Positions 60,233-64,000 of a stretch of 64,000 bases of DNA are shown one piece after another (the first letter of the stretch is position 1; each line of letters starts with the position of its first letter). Position numbers and translations under genes: made by a program. Origin of the DNA: Takakia lepidozioides (Eukaryota > Plantae > Bryophyta); assembly GCA_030704615.1 (NCBI GenBank), contig CM060732.1, positions 5,022,001 through 5,086,000 on the forward strand, in the 5' to 3' direction. The notes under the pieces are model-generated. The model saw only the letters and a program-made list of their open reading frames with translations, was not told the DNA's origin and searched no databases.

Positions 60233-61776
60233 CCGATACACAATCCTAGGAGTTCTCCGTTGTTGGCCTACAAACCATAAGTTCCCCAATCTATCGAACT
60301 CTGCAAACTTTACTCAAATATCTCCGCTCTTCCATCTCCGCGACCTTTAAGGCCTGGAAATCCAACTTCACATCCCTACATATCTGCCCCGTACCCCTGT
60401 AGTTTCCATCACTATTCTTCCTGCTAATTCTCGCTTGCCACCCGCCCTGGACTCCGCCGATCCCGCCTTGACCGAAAGAAGCAGGTTTCATCACCACCTC
60501 TAAGAACCAGAGTTTAGAAAACAATCCGATTTCAGCAGAAATAGCACGATTATTCACCTTCCCTACAAGATCGAACAAAGTGCGCTCTCTCCAAACCTTA
60601 AGATCGCAGCCACGAGCGAAATCCAGCTTAGTGAAGTGCGTCAAAACCCTACAGACAAGTCGAGAATCCCAAATCCCAAACCCGCAGTGCAGAGCAGATG
60701 GAAGCGACCACAGATCACTGCAAACAAGCTCCAAGGATATAGAGAGAGCAGCTTCGTGGATCCGTCAAGTGGTGTGCTCCCTGCTAGAATCTCCGTCCGT
60801 CGTCTGTCCCCCGCTCCAGCACAGCAGCAACGCTCTCGTGAAAGCACCTCCGCTCCCACCTCTGCCGAGGCCGCTCTGCCCTGCACGTGTGCTGCGTGCT
60901 GGGCGAGGCCCTCTCCCGCACCCCTCCGCGCCGGCCACGTCACCCGCCGCCCTTGCACTTGTGGCGCTAAACCGCCCCGACCCCACTCTCCCCTGCCCGT
61001 CAACCGCAACCGATATGACGGACCGTCGATCACCGCTCACGGCCGTGAGCCGTTACGCATGCAGGCGCGAGTTTGTGGCTGTCGCCTGCCACAAGTGGCG
61101 CGCGACTGTGTGGCTCCCACGTGGACGTACGACCACGTACGTACAGTCCTCCACCACAAGCAGGGCCGGGTACTCTGCCGCCAGCCCCGTACCGTGTAAA
61201 TCCTCCCAGGCTCAATCCCTTGCTTGGCGAATCATTCCTCTACGTATCTACGATCCTACAGCCACAGTTTAGCCAACACCAAGGCGATGGATAGTAAATG
61301 GACGAAACCCCGTTCCCATCCGCCCTCTACTTTTCATCCTATAACGGTCAGCTGCATGCATTGGTGGATGGAAACTTGAAAGTGGGTGCAAATCTGCTAG
61401 GCGGGCAGCGTGAAAATAGGGCAGTAGAATGATGCCACGGCGTGCCGGACTGTTCCACAGCCTTTTACTAAGGGTCTGAGCCCAATCGGAAGCGGGCAGG
61501 CACATTCCATCATGCTCTGCACCGGGGCCCGCACCCGCCATTATAGTTGGCTGCCCGGCCCACCCACCAGCAGGCCAGTGCGGGACCCGTTCCCAGGTAC
61601 GTCACCGGCTGGGACACATGGCAGACGGTCGTTGCGGGGAGATCCAAACCCGCGCTGGTGACTCGGTGGAGGGGCAATCGCGCGGTGAAGTGGGCCCCTA
61701 CATAGTTGCCTGGATTTCCATTGGCCGATATCTCGCCGACGGGCCCACACTCCTAGATCCTGCTCCCGCCGCTGTC

Positions 61777-61789
61777 CACGTGTCACGTG
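61777..61789. promoter_or_regulatory. Tandem G-box/ABRE-like elements upstream of the C2H2 gene
   Basis: CACGTGTCACGTG, with further CACGTG copies near 60885 and 61118. Function not demonstrated. Confidence 0.35.
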
Positions 61790-63433
61790 ACTTCCAGCGT
61801 TTCCGACCAACCCCCGCGCACACAAACCCCAAACAGCACTCTGGACTGCTCATCGCCCAATGGTGTGTCGCCAGCAGGCGCATACACCGCTGCGATGGTG
61901 TGCGACGGGGCCATGAACATTCCGTATGAGCAGTGAGCACGCCTCCCTGTGAGCTGCATGGTATATATATATACTTACATGTGGATCGTGTTGTGTGCTA
62001 AGGTATGTCACAAGCATTATCGGTTGCTCTGTGTAGCTTGGTACAGGGAGGGGGAGCTGCTTCCTGTCGCGTGAATCCTCTGATTCAGGCACTCTTGCAT
62101 GTGCGTACTAAAGGTAAGGTATGTGTGCTTCTTCTGTATTTTAGTGTTCTGTTATTATGTCGCAATCTATTGCAATCTTTTTACAATCTTGCGGTTATGT
62201 CAGAATGTTAGGATAGTATTACAGCCTACGGTTTGAATGCGAACCCAGTACGACCAACGGATTGTTTATTCACCCACATCATATCAGTTATATGAATCTC
62301 ATCAATATATGCATCTGTCAGTTTCGTCTGTGGGTTGAACTGATGATCTTGAGAGCGATCGCTGCATCTGTGAGGCGCGGTTAGTAGTATGTACAAACAG
62401 AAGTGCACAATTATATTAGAGGTCTCATCAGGAAACACCCTGATCGATGGAGGCGTGTTCCTTCGTGGAATATTATAGGCTTGTAGGTCTCCAGAGATTT
62501 CATGCTGGGTACGTATATCCTCTGATTTGAGATGGAGTTGCGGTGCATTGTTTGTTCTGATGTCGAGTGTAGTATCATCAGTTGCACCAAGGAAAGTATA
62601 GCCAGTGCACATGTACAGCACTGGCGGGAGGGCCAGATGCAGTTTACTACGGACTTGGAGCCTGATTTGGACCTCATTTGGACCAGACTATGTGACGTCG
62701 AAAATGCCACCCTCTTATGTAGTATAACACAATATCATGCACTCTGAAAATGCGATTGATCTCATGAGCCACAGACATGCTCAGCAGAAGTGAACACCAC
62801 TAGTCGAACCCAAGCAGAAGCTGCAAAACTTTGTGCATGCACGAACGGAAATTTCCCTCTGAGGCATGGAAAAGTGGGGGAAAGTTACAGTATTTCACGG
62901 ATTCTGTAGTCTCACTTATTGACAGTGCAGACATGTCTGTTTCAATAACGTATAAGTGAACAGAATATGGAATTTTGATGTCACATGAGAAATGAACCTG
63001 GAAGATGATGCAAAACCAACGAAGCGTTGCTGTTAATTTTGCTCCTACCGTGCCAAGTAACAGTAAGCGTGGTGCTACAGGTTGATTTTCGATGATAGAC
63101 TATATATACACAGGCTTGTTATTACGCAACACGGATTCCTCCATATGTGCTTGATCATGTGGACTTCATTTACAACCACATGCACATGCAGCCACCGTGT
63201 AAAATACCACCAGCTAAACAAAGGCAACCGAATATAGTCCATAATTACTAGGAATGTCAACAAATTTAGCAGATCAGTGAGCTGGGACGCCATTGTTTCT
63301 CCCTGCATGTTCTTCTGTCGATCTGTGAGCTGGAAGGTAAGGACGACTAACAGCTACCCTAGTCCGTGAGGAACAACTCAACCGTTGTGCGTAGGTTCTA
63401 CTAACTTAGATTTGCTCAATTCAACCTCATTTC

Positions 63434-63692
63434 TTTTTTATTTTTCTTTTTTTTATTTTTTTTCTTTTTTATTTTTTTGTAAAGGGAAACACCTGGGAGC
63501 GACAGCTCACAAATCAGGCCCCTTGATAGAGAGAGGAGAAAAAAACCTCTCGGTAACCTCGCCGTAAGGCTTTCAGATGCGACACCGCGCAGGGAAGGGG
63601 GAGAAGAGCACCCGTGAAGTAGCAGGATTGGACCCCAGGGTCATCCGGATGGCACTCAGTACACTTTACCAACTGAGCTACTGACTGTTGGT
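63434..63692 (-). mobile_element. tRNA-derived SINE
   Basis: Minus-strand A-box TAGCTCAGTTGG, B-box-like GGTCCAATCC, A-rich tail (63434-63480), 10-bp TSD ACCTCATTTC (63424-63433 and 63693-63702). Confidence 0.85.
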
Positions 63693-64000
63693 ACCTCATT
63701 TCAACTCAACTCCTGTCCAGAATATCTGGTGCAGCGGGCTTTGCTAGAAAATATTGGTGACAAGGTCTGTGATTGAAATGGCCCTGTCATTTGGTGTAAT
63801 CAATAGGGAGACGCAGCCCGACGCAGACAGAGATAGGCTGCACGGGTTGTAGGCGGTGGCTGGCCGGCCCCCCGGTCACCTGCTCGCCGATCCCCACCTT
63901 GGGAGGTGGGGTCCATTTCCGCCCTGGCCCGGTCAGTTGCGGATTAACTTAGGCGACGGGTTAACTGGGGACATAGATTCCCAGATTTTGACCCGCAACT

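Noticed and set aside
60580-61929. Long GC-rich ORFs upstream of the C2H2 gene
   Set aside because: Overlapping frames on both strands without domains, as expected for GC-rich promoter or 5' UTR DNA.
63620-63692. tRNA gene
   Set aside because: No convincing cloverleaf. It is followed by an unrelated body, A-tail and TSD, so it is a SINE head.

Overview
A transposon-dense eukaryotic window with spliceosomal introns, most likely from an early-diverging land plant (moss-like; the taxon is inferred). It holds two apparently intact host genes: an 8-exon RTN4IP1-like NADPH quinone oxidoreductase (34410-39625, +) and a GIS/ZFP-type single C2H2 zinc-finger repressor (57905-59497, -, with a probable extra upstream exon). 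The rest is mostly mobile DNA: Ty3/Gypsy remnants (one integrase ends in a PHD finger and is split by a young, complete chromovirus at 6419-13364), L1-like and RTE-like LINEs, a SINE, MITEs, Helitron-like end repeats, a CACTA end, an IS3EU-like fragment and PPR debris. The most unusual structure is a ~14 kb Mutator-like element (~16100-29930). It carries a GCM-finger/DDE/SWIM transposase and, divergently, an intron-containing gene fusing a ParB/Srx-like domain to a beta-class DNA amino-methyltransferase fold. Its non-coding DNA contains about 40 copies of a long palindrome (core GGAAATTCGGCGCCGAATTTCC). A sister element with a homologous terminus starts at 46137 and carries a compensatorily changed palindrome (GGAAATGCGGCRCCGCATTTCC) plus two divergent paralogous ORFs of unknown function. 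All domain calls are by-eye motif recognition; no database searches were run.
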